Of a DNA stretch of 64,000 bases, positions 63,048-64,000 are shown piece after piece. Numbering within the stretch: position 1 is the first letter of the stretch; each line of letters starts with the position of its first letter. Origin of the DNA: a virus. The stretch lies in the UHGV virus genome UHGV-0326727; one strand, given 5' to 3'. Below the pieces are notes generated by a model. It was not told where the DNA came from. It searched no databases and worked only from the letters and a program-made list of their open reading frames with translations. A program made the position numbers and the translations under genes.

Positions 63048-63120
63048 GTGGCCTTATCATAAATGGTAATGACCCATGCTGTGAACATGGTCTATACGGG
63101 TTCAAATCCCGTAGGTCACC
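63048..63120 (+). tRNA. tRNA-His (anticodon GTG)
   Basis: Acceptor gtggcct/aggtcac, D-stem tcat/atga, anticodon stem ccatg/catgg perfect with loop ctGTGaa, discriminator C; CCA encoded. Confidence 0.75.
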
Positions 63121-63129
63121 CCAATTTAT

Positions 63130-63202
63130 AGTCCAAGTAGCTTATATGGTTAAAGCGCGTGTCTGAAAAACATGAGAAGAGGGTTCAAATCCCACTGGAC
63201 TA
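63130..63202 (+). tRNA. tRNA-Phe (anticodon GAA), slightly irregular acceptor/T junction
   Basis: D-stem gctt/aagc, anticodon stem cgtgt/acatg with loop ctGAAaa, T-loop TTCAAAT; acceptor agtccaa/ctggact with one unpaired base; CCA encoded. Confidence 0.6.
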
Positions 63203-63221
63203 CCAATTTCAAAGGTGCTTA

Positions 63222-63956
63222 ATGAAAGAGATGACAGAACAAGGTAAGGAGATTTTTAATCTCTTAAAAACCGGTAGAGGGTTTTCTAATCCCCTTATTA
63301 CTGGTGCAGCAGTTCTCGGTGGAACCGTAGCTGCCTCTACATCACTTGTAAGCTCTATTAGCTCTGTAACAGACCCTACAATAAAGGATAAGCTTATTGC
63401 TGCTGGACTTACAACAGTTCTGCTTAATAGCTTTACAACGAGTCTGACAAGCACTACATCAACTACTAAGACACTGACAGATTACGGTCAAAAGTCCATT
63501 GATGAGTTTTCATCACGTATGCAGGTAGCAAAAGGATATTCCAATGTTATGGGTGCAGCAGGAGAGCAAGTCGGTTGTACACCATTTAGTGGTATCATGG
63601 GTGTTGCTACAGAGTACGGTCAAAAAGCTATTGACACAATTAACAGTACACTAGACAGTGTTAATGATGTATTAAGTGACTTACAAGATGCTATTGATAA
63701 AGGTCTTGATACTGTTTCTGATTTAGCTAACCAAGCTGTTAGCAAGATTAATGAAGGTATCTCGAAGATTACGGCTTATGCAGATGAAGTTGTGCAGATG
63801 ATTGAAGAAGAAGCTGCCCTTATTGCAGAGTACCTTAAAACGAATATCAATGGGTTCTTAGCAGGTATCTTACCAGACTGGTTTGATGATGCTTGTAAAA
63901 CTGGTGTAATTGATACTATTGCAACACCAGAAATGAAGAACGCATTACAGAAATAA
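63222..63956 (+). CDS. hypothetical protein (Ser/Thr-rich, helical C-terminal half)
   Basis: Start moved from track position 63159 (inside tRNA-Phe) to in-frame ATG 63222 with AAAGG RBS. Confidence 0.4.
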   Translation: MKEMTEQGKEIFNLLKTGRGFSNPLITGAAVLGGTVAASTSLVSSISSVTDPTIKDKLIAAGLTTVLLNSFTTSLTSTTSTTKTLTDYGQKSIDEFSSRMQVAKGYSNVMGAAGEQVGCTPFSGIMGVATEYGQKAIDTINSTLDSVNDVLSDLQDAIDKGLDTVSDLANQAVSKINEGISKITAYADEVVQMIEEEAALIAEYLKTNINGFLAGILPDWFDDACKTGVIDTIATPEMKNALQK

Positions 63957-64000
63957 TGGAAGATTAACCCTAAAAGGTAAGGGAGCAGTTTGCTAAACTG

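Noticed and set aside
63159-63221. Track start codon of ORF 63159-63956
   Set aside because: The first 63 nt lie inside tRNA-Phe; the start was moved to in-frame ATG 63222, which has an RBS.

Overview
This window looks like part of a large, AT-rich virulent tailed phage (Caudoviricetes) genome; host and family cannot be assigned from sequence alone. Everything here is read by eye from the sequence and the ORF track, with no database search, so protein calls rest on visible motifs and tRNA boundaries may be off by a base or two. Layout: (1) 1-10671, minus-strand block with partial thyA, frd, a ligase, a family-A DNA polymerase and a downstream HNH-AP2 endonuclease; (2) 10899-40229, plus-strand replication and nucleotide-metabolism genes (dNMP kinase, primase-helicase, SSB-like, FEN, nrdA/B, nrdH-like, nrdD/G), a Prs-like + NAMPT-like NAD module, rIIA/rIIB-like genes, a spanin-like pair and a macro-domain protein; (3) 40737-47223, an array of 16 small genes, each behind a stereotyped promoter/stem-loop cassette; (4) 47286-48810, an ORF-free island of periodic degenerate repeats between convergent terminators; (5) 48848-56604, 17 minus-strand genes including a GH24 endolysin; (6) 58867-63202, about 25 tRNA genes interleaved with conserved structured elements. 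The most unusual item is a candidate circularly permuted tRNA gene at 59744-59817, whose two halves reassemble into a canonical 71-nt cloverleaf.
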